From: Camelus dromedarius
Lineage: Eukaryota
Assembly (NCBI RefSeq): GCF_036321535.1
Contig: NC_087436.1
Coordinates: forward strand, 1,426,001 to 1,490,000
DNA length: 64,000 bases
Direction of reading: 5' to 3'
The notes beneath the pieces are model-generated. The model saw only the letters and a list, made by a program, of their open reading frames with translations. It made no database searches and was not told where the DNA came from. Made by a program: the position numbers and the translations under genes. Shown here piece by piece: positions 12,001 to 25,500 of the stretch; within the stretch, counting starts at the first letter, position 1, and each line of letters starts with the position of its first letter.

Positions 12001-15000
12001 TTCGTTCATCTAGCACCAAGGGAACGGGTTGCAGGAGACACTTTTTCTCAGCTTTCTCAGTCTGTTTCCTAGTGCCGGTTAGAAGTTCCTGCAGTTTTCA
12101 CTGTAAAATCGAGTTGGAGCTTCTACCTCCCCATATATATGTATGCAATGGAATTTGCAACTGAAAAGAAACTTTGAGTTCCCAACAAGCTAGGTGAAGG
12201 ACGGCTTTCACACACATTTATCTCTGAGAACTGAGCAAGTGGAGAGACGTTCGTTCATCTAGCACCAAGGGAACGGGTTGCAGGAGACACTTTTTGTCTG
12301 CTTTCTCAATCTGTTTCCTAGTGCCGGTTTGAAGTTCCTGCAGTTTTCACTTTAAAACCGAGTTGGAGCTAGTACCTCACCATATATATGTATGGAATGG
12401 AGTTTCCAACTGAAAAGAAACTTTGTGTTCCCAACAAGCTAGGTGAAGGACGGCTTTCACACAAACTTATCTCTCAGAACTGAGCAAGTGGAGAGACGTT
12501 CGTTCATCTAGCACCAAGGGAACGGTTTGCAGGAGACACTTTTTCTCTGCTTTCTCAGTCTGTTTCCTAGTGCCGGTTTGAAGTTCGTGCAGTTTTCACT
12601 GTCAAAACGATTTGGAGCTAGTACCTCACCATATATATGTATGGAATGGAGTTTGCAACTGAAAAGAAACTTTGTGTTCCCAACAAGCTAGGTGAAGGAC
12701 GGCTTTCACACACACTTATCTCTCAGAACTGAGCAAGAGGAGAGACGTTCGTTCATCTAGCACCAAGGGAACGGGTTGCAGGAGACACTTTTTCTCTGCT
12801 TTCTCAGTCTGTTTCCTAGTGCCGGGTTGAAGTTCCTGCAGTTTTCACTGTAAAACCGAGTTGGAGCTAGTACCTCCCAATATATATGTATGGAATGGAG
12901 TTTGCAACTGAAAAGAAACTTTGTGTTCCCAACAAGCTAGGTGAAGGACGGCTTTCACACACACTTATCTCTCAGAACTGAGCAAGTGGAGAGACGTTCG
13001 TTCATCTAGCACCAAGGGAACGGGTTGCAGGAGACACTTTTTCTCTGCTTTCTCAGTCTGTTTCCTAGTGCCGGTTTGATGTTCCTGCAGTTTTCACTGT
13101 AAAACCGAGTTGGAGCTAGTACCTCCCAATATATATGTATGGAATGGAGTTTGCAACTGAAAAGAATCTTTGTGTTCCCAACAAGCTAGGTGAAGGACGG
13201 CTTTCACACACACTTATCTCTCAGAACTGAGCAAGTGGAGAGACGTTCGTTCATCTAGCACCAAGGGAACGGGTTGCAGGAGACACTTTTTCTCAGCTTT
13301 CTCAGTCTGTTTCCTAGTGCCGGTTAGAAGTTCCTGCAGTTTTCACTGTAAAATCGAGTTGGAGCTTCTACCTCCCCATATATATGTATGCAATGGAATT
13401 TGCAACTGAAAAGAAACTTTGAGTTCCCAACAAGCTAGGTGAAGGACGGCTTTCACACACATTTATCTCTGAGAACTGAGCAAGTGGAGAGACGTTCGTT
13501 CATCTAGCACCAAGGGAACGGGTTGCAGGAGACACTTTTTGTCTGCTTTCTCAATCTGTTTCCTAGTGCCGGTTTGAAGTTCCTGCAGTTTTCACTTTAA
13601 AACCGAGTTGGAGCTAGTACCTCACCATATATATGTATGGAATGGAGTTTCCAACTGAAAAGAAACTTTGTGTTCCCAACAAGCTAGGTGAAGGACGGCT
13701 TTCACAAAAACTTATCTCTCAGAACTGAGCAAGTGGAGAGACGTTCGTTCATCTAGCACCAAGGGAACGGTTTGCAGGAGACACTTTTTCTCTGCTTTCT
13801 CAGTCTGTTTCCTAGTGCCGGTTTGAAGTTCGTGCAGTTTTCACTGTCAAAACGATTTGGAGCTAGTACCTCACCATATATATGTATGGAATGGAGTTTG
13901 CAACTGAAAAGAAACTTTGTGTTCCCAACAAGCTAGGTGAAGGACGGCTTTCACACACACTTATCTCTCAGAACTGAGCAAGTGGAGAGACGTTCGTTCA
14001 TCTAGCACCAAGGGAACGGGTTGCAGTAGTCACTTTTTCTCTGCTTTCTCAGTCTGTTTCCTAGTGCCTGTTGGAAGTTCCTGCAGTTTTCACTGTAAAA
14101 CCGAGTTGGAGCTAGTACCTCCCCATATATATGTATGGAATGGAGTTTGCAACTGAAAAGAATCTTTGTGTTCCCAACAAGCTAGGTGAAGGACGGCTTT
14201 CACACACACTTATCTCTCAGAACTGAGCAAGTGGAGAGACGTTCGTTCATCTAGCACCAAGGGAACGGGTTGCAGGAGACACTTTTTCTCTGCTTTCTCA
14301 GTCTGTTTCCTAGTGCCGGTTTCAAGTTCCTGCAGTTTTCACTGTAAAACCGAGTTGGAGCTAGTATCTCCCCATATATATTTATGGAATGGAGTTTACA
14401 ACTGAAAAGAAACTTTGTGTTCCCAACAAGCTAGGTGAAGGACGGCTTTCACACACACTTATCTCTCAGAACTGAGCAAGTGGAGAGACGTTCGTTCATC
14501 TAGCACCAATGGAACGGGTTGCAGGAGACAATTTTTCTCTGCTTTCTCAGTCTGTTTCCTAGTGCCTGTTTGATCTTCCTGCAGTTTTCACTGTAAAACC
14601 GAGTTGGAGCTAGTACCTACCCATATATATGTATGGAATGGAGTTTGCAACTGAAAAGAAACTTTGTGTTCCCAACAAGCTAGGTGAAGGACGGCTTTCA
14701 CACACTCCTATCTGTCAGAACTGAGAAATGGACAGACGTTCGTTCATCTAGCACCAAGGGAACGGGTTGCAAGAGACACTTTTTCTCAGCTTTCTCAGTC
14801 TGTTTCCTAGTACCGGTTTGAAGTTCCTGCAGTTTTCACTGTAAAACCGATTTGGAGCTTGTATCTCCCCATATATATGTATGGAATGTGGTTTACAACT
14901 GAAAAGAAACTTTGTGTTCAAAACAAGCTAGGTGAAGGACGGCTTTCACACACACTTATCTCTCAGAACTGAGCAAGTGGAGAGACGTTCGTTCATCTAG

Positions 15001-15760
15001 CAACAAGGGAACGGGTTGCAGGAGACACTTTTTCTCTGCTTTCTCAGTCTGTTTCCTAGTGCCGGTTTGAAGTTCCTGCAGTTTTCACTGTAAAACCGAT
15101 TTGGAGCTAGTACCTCCCCATATATATGTATGGAATGGAGTTTGCAACTGAAAAGAAACTTTGTGTTCCCAACAAGCTAGGTGAAGGACGGCTTTCACAC
15201 ACACTTATCTCTCAGAACTGAGCAAGTGGAGAGACGTTCGTTCATCTAGCACCAAGGGAACGGGTTGCAGGAGACACTTTTTCTCTGCTTTCTCAGTCTG
15301 TTTCCTAGTGCCGGTTGGAAGTTCCTGCAGTTTTCACTGTCAAACCGAGTTGGAGCTAGTACCTCCCCATATATATGTATGGAATGGAGTTTGCAACTGA
15401 ATAGAAACTTTGTGTTCCCAACAAGCTAGTTGAAGGACGGCTTTCACACACACTTATCTCTCAGAACTGAGCAAGTGGAGAGACGTTTGTTCATCTAGCA
15501 CCAAGGGAACGGGTTGCAGGAGTCACTTTTTCTCTGCTTTCTCAGTCTGTTTCCTAGTGCCGGTTTGAAGTTCCTGCAGTTTTCACTGTAAAACCGAGTT
15601 GGAGCTAGTATCTCCCCATATATATGTATGGAATGGAGTTTACAACTGAAAAGAAACTTTGTGTTCCCAACAAGCTAGGTGAAGGACGGCTTTCACACAC
15701 ACTTATCTCTCAGAACTGAGCAAGTGGAGAGACGTTCGTTCATCTAGCACCAAGGGAACG
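6100..15760 (+). repeat. Nested block duplications with 20-mer (4979 bp), 25-mer (6224 bp) and 5-mer (1245 bp) offsets
   Basis: GTATGCAATGGAATT occurs at 7162, 12141 and 13386. GTTGAAGTAGAC occurs at 6302 and 11281. AGTAGTCACT occurs at 7801 and 14025. Each offset equals n x 249 minus the known 1-bp deletions. Boundaries are approximate. Confidence 0.85.
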
Positions 15761-17899
15761 GGTTGCAGGAGACACTTTTTCTCTGCTTTCTCAGTCTGTT
15801 TCCTAGTGCCGGTTTGATGTTCCTGCAGTTTTAACTGTGAAACCGAGTTGGAGCTAGTACCTCCCCATATATATGTATGGAATGGAGCTTGCAACTGAAA
15901 AGAAACTTTTTGTTCCCAACAAGCTAGGTGAAGGACGGCTTTCACACACTCCTATCTCTCAGAACTGAGAAATGGAGAGACGTTCGTTCATCTAGCACCA
16001 ATGGAACGGGTTGCAGGAGACACTTTTTCTCAGCTTTCTCAGTCTGTTTCCTAGTGCCGGTTTGAAGTTCGTGCAGTTTTCACTGTAAAACCGAGTTGGA
16101 GCTAGTACCTCCCCTTATATATGTATGGAATGGAGTTTGCAACTGAAAAGAAACTTTGTGTTCCCAACAAGATAGGTGAAGGATGGCTTTCACACACACT
16201 TATCTCTCAGAACAGAGCAAGTGGAGAGACGTTCGTTCATCTAGCACCAAGGGAATGGGTTGCAGGAGACACTTTTTCTCTGCTTTCTCAATCTGTTTCC
16301 TAGTGCCGATTTGAAGTTCCTGCAGTTTTCACTGTCAAACGGAGTTGGAGCTAGTACCTCCCCATATATACGTATGGAATGGAGTTTGCAACTGAAAAGA
16401 AACTTTGTGTTCCCAACAAGCTAGGTGAAGGACGGCTTTCACACACGCTTATCTCTCTGAACTGAGCAAGTGGAGAGACGTTCGTTCATCTAGCACCAAG
16501 GGAACGGGTTGCAGGAGACACTTTTTCTCTGCTTTCTCAGTCTGTTTCCTAGTGCCGGTTTGAAGTTCCTGCAGTTTTCACTGTAAAACCGAGTTGGAGC
16601 TAGTACCTCCCAATATATATGTATGGAATGGAGTTTGCAACTGAAAAGAAACTTTGTGTTCCCAACAAGCTAGGTGAAGGACGGCTTTCACACACACTTA
16701 TCTCTCAGAACTGAGCAAGTGGAGAGACGTTCGTTCATCTAGCACCAAAGGAACGGGTTGCAGGAGACACTTTTTCTCTGCTTTCTCAGTCTGTTTCCTA
16801 GTGCCGGTTTGAAGTTCCTGCAGTTTTCACTGTAAAACCGAGTTGGAGCTAGTACCTCCCAATATATATGTATGGAATGGAGTTTGCAACTGAAAAGAAT
16901 CTTTGTGTTCCCAACAAGCTAGGTGAAGGACGGCTTTCACACACACTTATCTCTCAGAACTGAGCAAGTGGAGAGACGTTCGTTCATCTAGCACCAAGGG
17001 AACGGGTTGCAGGAGACACTTTTTCTCTGCTTTCTCAGTCTGTTTCCTAGTGCCGGTTTGAAGTTCCTGCAGTTTTCACTGTAAAACCGAGTTGGAGCTA
17101 GAACCTCCCCATATATATGTATGGAAAGGAGTTTGCAACTGAAAAGAAACTTTGTGTTCCCAACAAGCTAGGTGAAGGACGGCTTTCACACACACTTATC
17201 TCTCAGAACTGAGCAAGTGGAGAGACGTTCGTTCATCTAGCACCAAGGGAACGGGTTGCAGGAGACACTTTTTCTCTGCTTTCTCAGTCTGTTTCCTAGT
17301 GCCGGGTTGAAGTTCCTGCAGTTTTCACTGTAAAACCGAGTTGGAGCTAGTACCTCCCAATATATATGTATGGAATGGAGTTTGCAACTGAAAAGAAACT
17401 TTGTGTTCCCAACAAGCTAGGTGAAGGACGGCTTTCACACACACTTATCTCTCAGAACTGAGCAAGTGGAGAGACGTTCGTTCATCTAGCACCAAGGGAA
17501 CGGGTTGCAGGAGACACTTTTTCTCTGCTTTCTCAGTCTGTTTCCTAGTGCCGGTTTGATGTTCCTGCAGTTTTCACTGTAAAACCGAGTTGGAGCTAGT
17601 ACCTCCCAATATATATGTATGGAATGGAGTTTGCAACTGAAAAGAATCTTTGTGTTCCCAACAAGCTAGGTGAAGGACGGCTTTCACACACACTTATCTC
17701 TCAGAACTGAGCAAGTGGAGAGACGTTCGTTCATCTAGCACCAAGGGAACGGGTTGCAGGAGACACTTTTTCTCTGCTTTCTCAGTCTGTTTCCTAGTGC
17801 CGGTTTGAAGTTCCTGCAGTTTTCACTGTAAAACCGAGTTGGAGCTAGTACCTCCCCATATATATGTATGGAATGGAGTTTGCAACTGAAAAGAAACTT

Positions 17900-20800
17900 T
17901 GTGTTCCCAACAAGCTAGGTGAAGGACGGCTTTCACACACACTTATCTCTCAGAACTGAGGAAGTGGAGAGACGTTCTTTCATCTAGCACCAAGGGAACG
18001 GGTTGCAGGAGACACTTTTTCTCTGCTTTCTCTGTCTGTTTCCTAGTGCCGGTTTGAAGTTCCTGCAGTTTTCACTGTAAAACCGAGTTGGAGCTTGTAC
18101 CTCCCAATATATATGTATGGAATGGAGTTTGCAACTGAAAAGAATCTTTGTGTTCCCAACAAGCTAGGTGAAGGACGGCTTTCACACACACTTATCTCTC
18201 AGAACTGAGCAAGTGGAGAGACGTTCGTTCATCTAGCACCAAGGGAACGGGTTGCAGGAGACACTTTTTCTCTGCTTTCTCAGTCTGTTTCCTAGTGCCG
18301 GTTTGAAGTTCCTGCAGTTTTCACTGTAAAACCGAGTTGGAGCTAGTACCTCCCCATATATATGTATGGAATGGAGTTTGCAACTGAAAAGAAACTTTGT
18401 GTTCCCAACAAGCTAGGTGAAGGACGGCTTTCACACACACTTATCTCTCAGAACTGAGCAAGTGGAGAGACGTTCGTTCATCTAGCACCAAGGGAACGGG
18501 TTGCAGGAGACACTTTTTCTCTGCTTTCTCAGTCTGTTTCCTAGTGCCGGTTTGAAGTTCCTGCAGTTTTCACGGTAAAACCGAGTTGGAGCTAGTACCT
18601 CCCCATATATATGTATGGAATGGAGTTTGCAACTGAAAAGAAACTTTGTGTTCCCAAGAAGCTAGGTGAAGGACGGCTTTCACACACACTTATCTCTCAG
18701 AACTGAGCAAGTGGAGAGAAGTTCGTTCATCTAGCACCAAGGGAACGGGTTGCAGGAGACACTTTTTCTCTGCTTTCTCAGTCTGTTTCCTAGTGCCGGT
18801 TTGAAGTTCCTGCAGTTTTCACTGTAAAACCGAGTTGGAGCTAGTACCTCCCCATATATATGTATGGAATGGAGAATGCAACTGAAAAGAAACTTTGTGT
18901 TCCCAACAAGCTAGGTGAAGGACGGCTTTCACACACACTTATCTCTCAGAACTGAGCAAGTGGAGAGACGTTCGTTCATCTAGCACCAAGGGAACGGGTT
19001 GCAGGAGACACTTTTTCTCTGCTTTCTCAGTCTGTTTCCTAGTGCCGGGTTGATGTTCCTGCAGTTTTCACTGTAAAACCGAGTTGGAGCTAGTACCTCC
19101 CCATATATATGTATGGAATGGAGTTTGCAACTGAAAAGAAACTTTGTGTTCCCAACAAGCTAGGTGAAGGACGGCTTTCACACACACTTATCTCTCAGAA
19201 CTGAGCAAGTGGAGATTCGTTCGTTCATCTAGCACCAAGGGAACGGGTTGCAGGAGACACTTTTTCTCTGCTTTCTCAGTCTGTTTCCTAGTGCCGGTTT
19301 GAAGTTCCTGCAGTTTTCACTGTAAAACCGAGTTGGAGCTAGTACCTCCCCATATATATGTATGGAATGGAGTTTGCAACTGAAAAGAAACTTTGTGTTC
19401 CCAACAAGCTAGGTGAAGGACGGCTTTCACACACACTTATCTCTCAGAACTGAGCAAGTGGAGAGACGTTCGTTCATCTAGCACCAAGGGAACGGGTTGC
19501 AGGAGACACTTTTTCTCTGCTTTCTCAGTCTGTTTCCTAGTGCCGGTTTGAAGTTCCTGCAGTTTTCACTGTAAAACCGAGTTGGAGCTAGTACCTCCCA
19601 ATATATATGTATGGAATGGAGTTTGCAACTGAAAAGAAACTTTGTGTTCCCAACAAGCTAGGTGAAGGACGGCTTTCACACACACTTATTTCTCAGAACT
19701 GAGCAAGTGGAGAGACTTTCGTTCATCTAGCACCAAGGGAACGGGTTGCAGGAGACACTTTCTCTCTGCTTTCTCAGTCTGTTTCCTAGTGCCGGGTTGA
19801 AGTTCCTGCAGTTTTCACTGTCAAACCGAGTTGGAGCTAGTACCTCCCCATATATATGTATGGAATGGAGTTTGCAACTGAAAAGAAACTTTGTGTTCCC
19901 AACAAGCTAGGTGAAGGACGGCTTTCACACACACTTATCTCTCAGAACTGAGCAAGTGGAGAGACGTTCGTTCATCTAGCACCAAGGGAACGGGTTGCAG
20001 GAGACACTTTTTCTCTGCTTTCTCAGTCTGTTTCCTAGTGCCGGTTTGAAGTTCCTGCAGTTTTCACTGTAAAACCGAGTTGGAGCTAGTACCTCCCCAT
20101 ATATATGTATGGAATGGGGTTTGCAACTGAAAAGAAACTTTGTGTTCCCAACAAGCTAGGTGAAGGACGGCTTTCACACACACTTATCTCTCAGAACTGA
20201 GCAAGTGGAGAGACGTTCGTTCATCTAGCACCAAGGGAACGGGTTGCAGGAGACACTTTTTCTCTGCTTTCTCAGTCTGTTTCCTAGTGCCGGTTTGAAG
20301 TTCCTGCAGTTTTCACTGTAAAACCGAGTTGGAGCTAGTACCTCCCCATATATATGTATGGAATGGTGTTTGCAACTGAAAAGAAACTTTGTGTTCCCAA
20401 GAAGCTAGGTGAAGGACGGCTTTCACACACACTTATCTCTCAGAACTGAGGAAGTGGAGAGACGTTCTTTCATCTAGCACCAAGGGAACGGGTTGCAGGA
20501 GACACTTTTTCTCTGCTTTCTCAGTCTGTTTCCTAGTGCCGGTTTGAAGTTCCTGCAGTTTTCACTGTAAAACCGAGTTGGAGCTTGTACCTCCCAATAT
20601 ATATGTATGGAATGGAGTTTGCAACTGAAAAGAATCTTTGTGTTCCCAACAAGCTAGGTGAAGGACGGCTTTCACACACACTTATCTCTCAGAACTGAGC
20701 AAGTGGAGAGACGTTCGTTCATCTAGCACCAAGGGAACGGGTTGCAGGAGACACTTTTTCTCTGCTTTCTCAGTCTGTTTCCTAGTGCCGGTTTGAAGTT

Positions 20801-22590
20801 CCTGCAGTTTTCACTGTAAAACCGAGTTGGAGCTAGTACCTCCCCATATATATGTATGGAATGGATTTTGCAACTGAAAAGAAACTTTGTGTTCCCAACA
20901 AGCTAGGTGAAGGACGGCTTTCACACACACTTATCTCTCAGAACTGAGCAAGTGGAGAGACGTTCGTTCATCTAGCACCAAGGGAACGGGTTGCAGGAGA
21001 CACTTTTTCTCTGCTTTCTCAGTCTGTTTCCTAGTGCCGGTTTGAAGTTCCTGCAGTTTTCACGGTAAAACCGAGTTGGAGCTAGTACCTCCCCATATAT
21101 ATGTATGGAATGGAGTTTGCAACTGAAAAGAAACTTTGTGTTCCCAAGAAGCTAGGTGAAGGACGGCTTTCACACACACTTATCTCTCAGAACTGAGCAA
21201 GTGGAGAGAAGTTCGTTCATCTAGCAACAAGGGAACGGGTTGCAGGAGACACTTTTTCTCTGCTTTCTCAGTCTGTTTCCTAGTGCCGGTTTGAAGTTCC
21301 TGCAGTTTTCACTGTAAAACCGAGTTGGAGCTAGTACCTCCCCATATATATGTATGGAATGGAGAATGCAACTGAAAAGAAACTTTGTGTTCCCAACAAG
21401 CTAGGTGAAGGACGGCTTTCACACACACTTATCTCTCAGAACTGAGCAAGTGGAGAGACGTTCGTTCATCTAGCACCAAGGGAACGGGTTGCAGGAGACA
21501 CTTTTTCTCTGCTTTCTCAGTCTGTTTCCTAGTGCCGGGTTGATGTTCCTGCAGTTTTCACTGTAAAACCGAGTTGGAGCTAGTACCTCCCCATATATAT
21601 GTATGGAATGGAGTTTGCAACTGAAAAGAAACTTTGTGTTCCCAACAAGCTAGGTGAAGGACGGCTTTCACACACACTTATCTCTCAGAACTGAGCAAGT
21701 GGAGATTCGTTCGTTCATCTAGCACCAAGGGAACGGGTTGCAGGAGACACTTTTTCTCTGCTTTCTCAGTCTGTTTCCTAGTGCCGGTTTGAAGTTCCTG
21801 CAGTTTTCACTGTAAAACCGAGTTGGAGCTAGTACCTCCCCATATATATGTATGGAATGGAGTTTGCAACTGAAAAGAAACTTTGTGTTCCCAACAAGCT
21901 AGGTGAAGGACGGCTTTCACACACACTTATCTCTCAGAACTGAGCAAGTGGAGAGACGTTCGTTCATCTAGCACCAAGGGAACGGGTTGCAGGAGACACT
22001 TTTTCTCTGCTTTCTCAGTCTGTTTCCTAGTGCCGGTTTGAAGTTCCTGCAGTTTTCACTGTAAAACCGAGTTGGAGCTAGTACCTCCCAATATATATGT
22101 ATGGAATGGAGTTTGCAACTGAAAAGAAACTTTGTGTTCCCAACAAGCTAGGTGAAGGACGGCTTTCACACACACTTATTTCTCAGAACTGAGCAAGTGG
22201 AGAGACTTTCGTTCATCTAGCACCAAGGGAACGGGTTGCAGGAGACACTTTCTCTCTGCTTTCTCAGTCTGTTTCCTAGTGCCGGGTTGAAGTTCCTGCA
22301 GTTTTCACTGTCAAACCGAGTTGGAGCTAGTACCTCCCCATATATATGTATGGAATGGAGTTTGCAACTGAAAAGAAACTTTGTGTTCCCAACAAGCTAG
22401 GTGAAGGACGGCTTTCACACACACTTATCTCTCAGAACTGAGCAAGTGGAGAGACGTTCGTTCATCTAGCACCAAGGGAACGGGTTGCAGGAGACACTTT
22501 TTCTCTGCTTTCTCAGTCTGTTTCCTAGTGCCGGTTTGAAGTTCCTGCAGTTTTCACTGTAAAACCGAGTTGGAGCTAGTACCTCCCCAT
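17900..22590 (+). repeat. 10-monomer (2490 bp) tandem duplication
   Basis: Markers at +2490: GAGGAAGTGG..TTCTTT 17961/20451, CACGGTAAAA 18571/21061, GGAGAATGCA 18871/21361, GGAGATTCGT 19211/21701, AGAGACTTTC 19711/22201. Confidence 0.9.
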
Positions 22591-25500
22591 ATATATGTAT
22601 GGAATGGAGAATGCAACTGAAAAGAAACTTTGTGTTCCCAACAAGCTAGGTGAAGGACGGCTTTCACACACACTTATCTCTCAGAACTGAGCAAGTGGAG
22701 AGACGTTCGTTCATCTAGCACCAAGGGAACGGGTTGCAGGAGACACTTTTTCTCTGCTTTCTCAGTCTGTTTCCTAGTGCCGGTTTGAAGTTCCTGCAGT
22801 TTTCACTGTAAAACCGAGTTGGAGCTAGTACCTCCCCATATATATGTATGGAATGGAGTTTGCAACTGAAAAGAAACTTTGTGTTCCTAACAAGCTAGGT
22901 GAAGGACGGCTTTCACACACACTTATCTCTCAGAACTGAGCAAGTGGAGATTCGTTCGTTCATCTAGCACCAAGGGAACGGGTTGCAGGAGACACTTTTT
23001 CTCTGCTTTCTCAGTCTGTTTCCTAGTGCCGGTTTGAAGTTCCTGCAGTTTTCACTGTAAAACCGAGTTGGAGCTAGTACCTCCCCATATATATGTATGG
23101 AATGGGGTTTGCAACTGAAAAGAAACTTTGTGTTCCCAACAAGCTAGGTGAAGGACGGCTTTCACACACACTTAACTCTCAGAACTGAGCAAGTGGAGAG
23201 ACGTTCGTTCATCTAGAACCAAGGGAACGGGTTGCAGGAGACACTTTTTCTCTGCTTTCTCAGTCTGTTTCCTAGTGCCGGTTTGAAGTTCCTGCAGTTT
23301 TCACTGTAAAACCGAGTTGGAGCTAGTACCTCCCCTTATATAATTATGGAAAGGAGTTTGCAACTGAAAAGAGACTTTGTGTTCCCAACAAGCTAGGTGA
23401 AGGACGGCTTTCACACACACTTATCTCTCAGAACTGAGCAAGTGGAGAGACGTTCGTTCATCTAGCACCAAGGGAACGGGTTGCAGGAGACACTTTTTCT
23501 CTGCTTTCTCAGTCTGTTTCCTAGTGCCGGGTTGAAGTTCCTGCAGTTTTCACTGTAAAACCGAGTTGGAGCTAGAACCTCCCCATATATATGTATGGAA
23601 TGGAGTTTGCAACTGAAAAGAAACTTTGTGTTCCCAACAATCTAGGTGAAGGACGGCTTTCACACACACTTATCTCTCAGAAGTGAGCAAGTTGAGAGAC
23701 GTTCTTTCATCTAGGACCAAGGGAACGGGTTGAAGTAGACACTCTTTCTCTGATTTCTCAGTCTGTTTCCTAGTGCCGGTTTGAAGTTCCTGCAGTTTTC
23801 ACTGTCAAACCGAGTTGGAGCTAGTACCTCCCCATATATATGTATGGAATGGAGTTTGCAACTGAAAAGAAACTTTGTGTTCCCAACAAGCTAGGTGAAG
23901 GACGGCTTTCACACACACTTATCTCTCAGAACTGAGCAAGTGGAGAGACGTTCGTTCATCTAGCACCAAGGGAACGGGTTGCAGGAGACACTTTTTCTCT
24001 GCTTTCTCAGTCTGTTTCCTAGTGCCGGTTTGAAGTTCCTGCAGTTTTCACTGTCAAACCGAGTTGGAGCTAGTACCTCCCCATATATATGTATGGAATG
24101 GAGTTTGCAACTGAAAAGAAACTTTGTGTTCCCAACAAGCTAGGTGAAGGACGGCTTTCACACACACTTATCTCTCAGAACTGAGGAAGTGGAGAGACGT
24201 TCGTTCATCTAGCACCAAGGGAACGGGTTGCAGGAGACACTTTTTCTCTGCTTTCTCAGTCTGTTTCCTAGTGCCGGTTTGAAGTTCCTGCAGTTTTCAC
24301 TGTAAAACCGAGTTGGAGCTAGTACCTCCCAATATATATGTATGGAATGGAGTTTGCAACTGAAAAGAATCTTTGTGTTCCCAACAAGCTAGGTGAAGGA
24401 CGGCTTTCACACACACTTATCTCTCAGAACTGAGCAAGTGGAGAGACGTTCGTTCATCTAGCACCAAGGGAACGGGTTGCAGGAGACACTTTTTCTCTGC
24501 TTTCTCAGTCTGTTTCCAAGTGCCGGTTTGAAGTTCCTGCAGTTTTCACTGTAAAACCGAGTTGGAGCTAGTACCTCCCCATATATATGTATGGAATGGA
24601 GTTTGCAACTGAAAAGAAACTTTGTGTTCCCAACAAGCTAGGTGAAGGACGGCTTTCACACACACTTATCTCTCAGAACTGAGCAAGTGGAGAGACGTTC
24701 GTTCATCTAGCACCAAGGGAACGGGTTGCAGGAGACACTTTTTCTCTGCTTTCTCAGTCTGTTTCCTAGTGCCGGTTTGAAGTTCCTGCAGTTTTCACTG
24801 TAAAACCGAGTTGGAGCTAGTACCTCCCAATATATATGTATGGAATGGAGTTTGCAACTGAAAAGAAACTTTGTGTTCCCAACAAGCTAGGTGAAGGACG
24901 GCTTTCACACACACTTATTTCTCAGAACTGAGCAAGTGGAGAGACGTTCGTTCATCTAGCACCAAGGGAACGGGTTGCAGGAGACACTTTTTCTCTGCTT
25001 TCTCAGTCTGTTTCCTAGTGCCGGGTTGAAGTTCCTGCAGTTTTCACTGTAAAACCGAGTTGGAGCTAGTACCTCCCCATATATATGTATGGAATGGAGT
25101 TTGCAACTGAAAAGAAACTTTGTGTTCCCAACAAGCTAGGTGAAGGACGGCTTTCACACACACTTATCTCTCAGAACTGAGCAAGTGGAGAGCGTTCGTT
25201 CATCTAGCACCAAGGGAACGGGTTGCAGGAGGCACTTTTTCTCTGCTTTCTCAGTCTGTTTCCTAGTGCCGGTTTGAAGTTCCTGCAGTTTTCACTGTAA
25301 AACCGAGTTGGAGCTAGTACCTCCCCATATATATGTATGGAATGGAGAATGCAACTGAAAAGAAACTTTGTGTTCCCAACAAGCTAGGTGAAGGACGGCT
25401 TTCACACACACTTATCTCTCAGAACTGAGCAAGTGGAGAGACGTTCGTTCATCTAGCACCAAGGGAACGGGTTGCAGGAGACACTTTTTCTCTGCTTTCT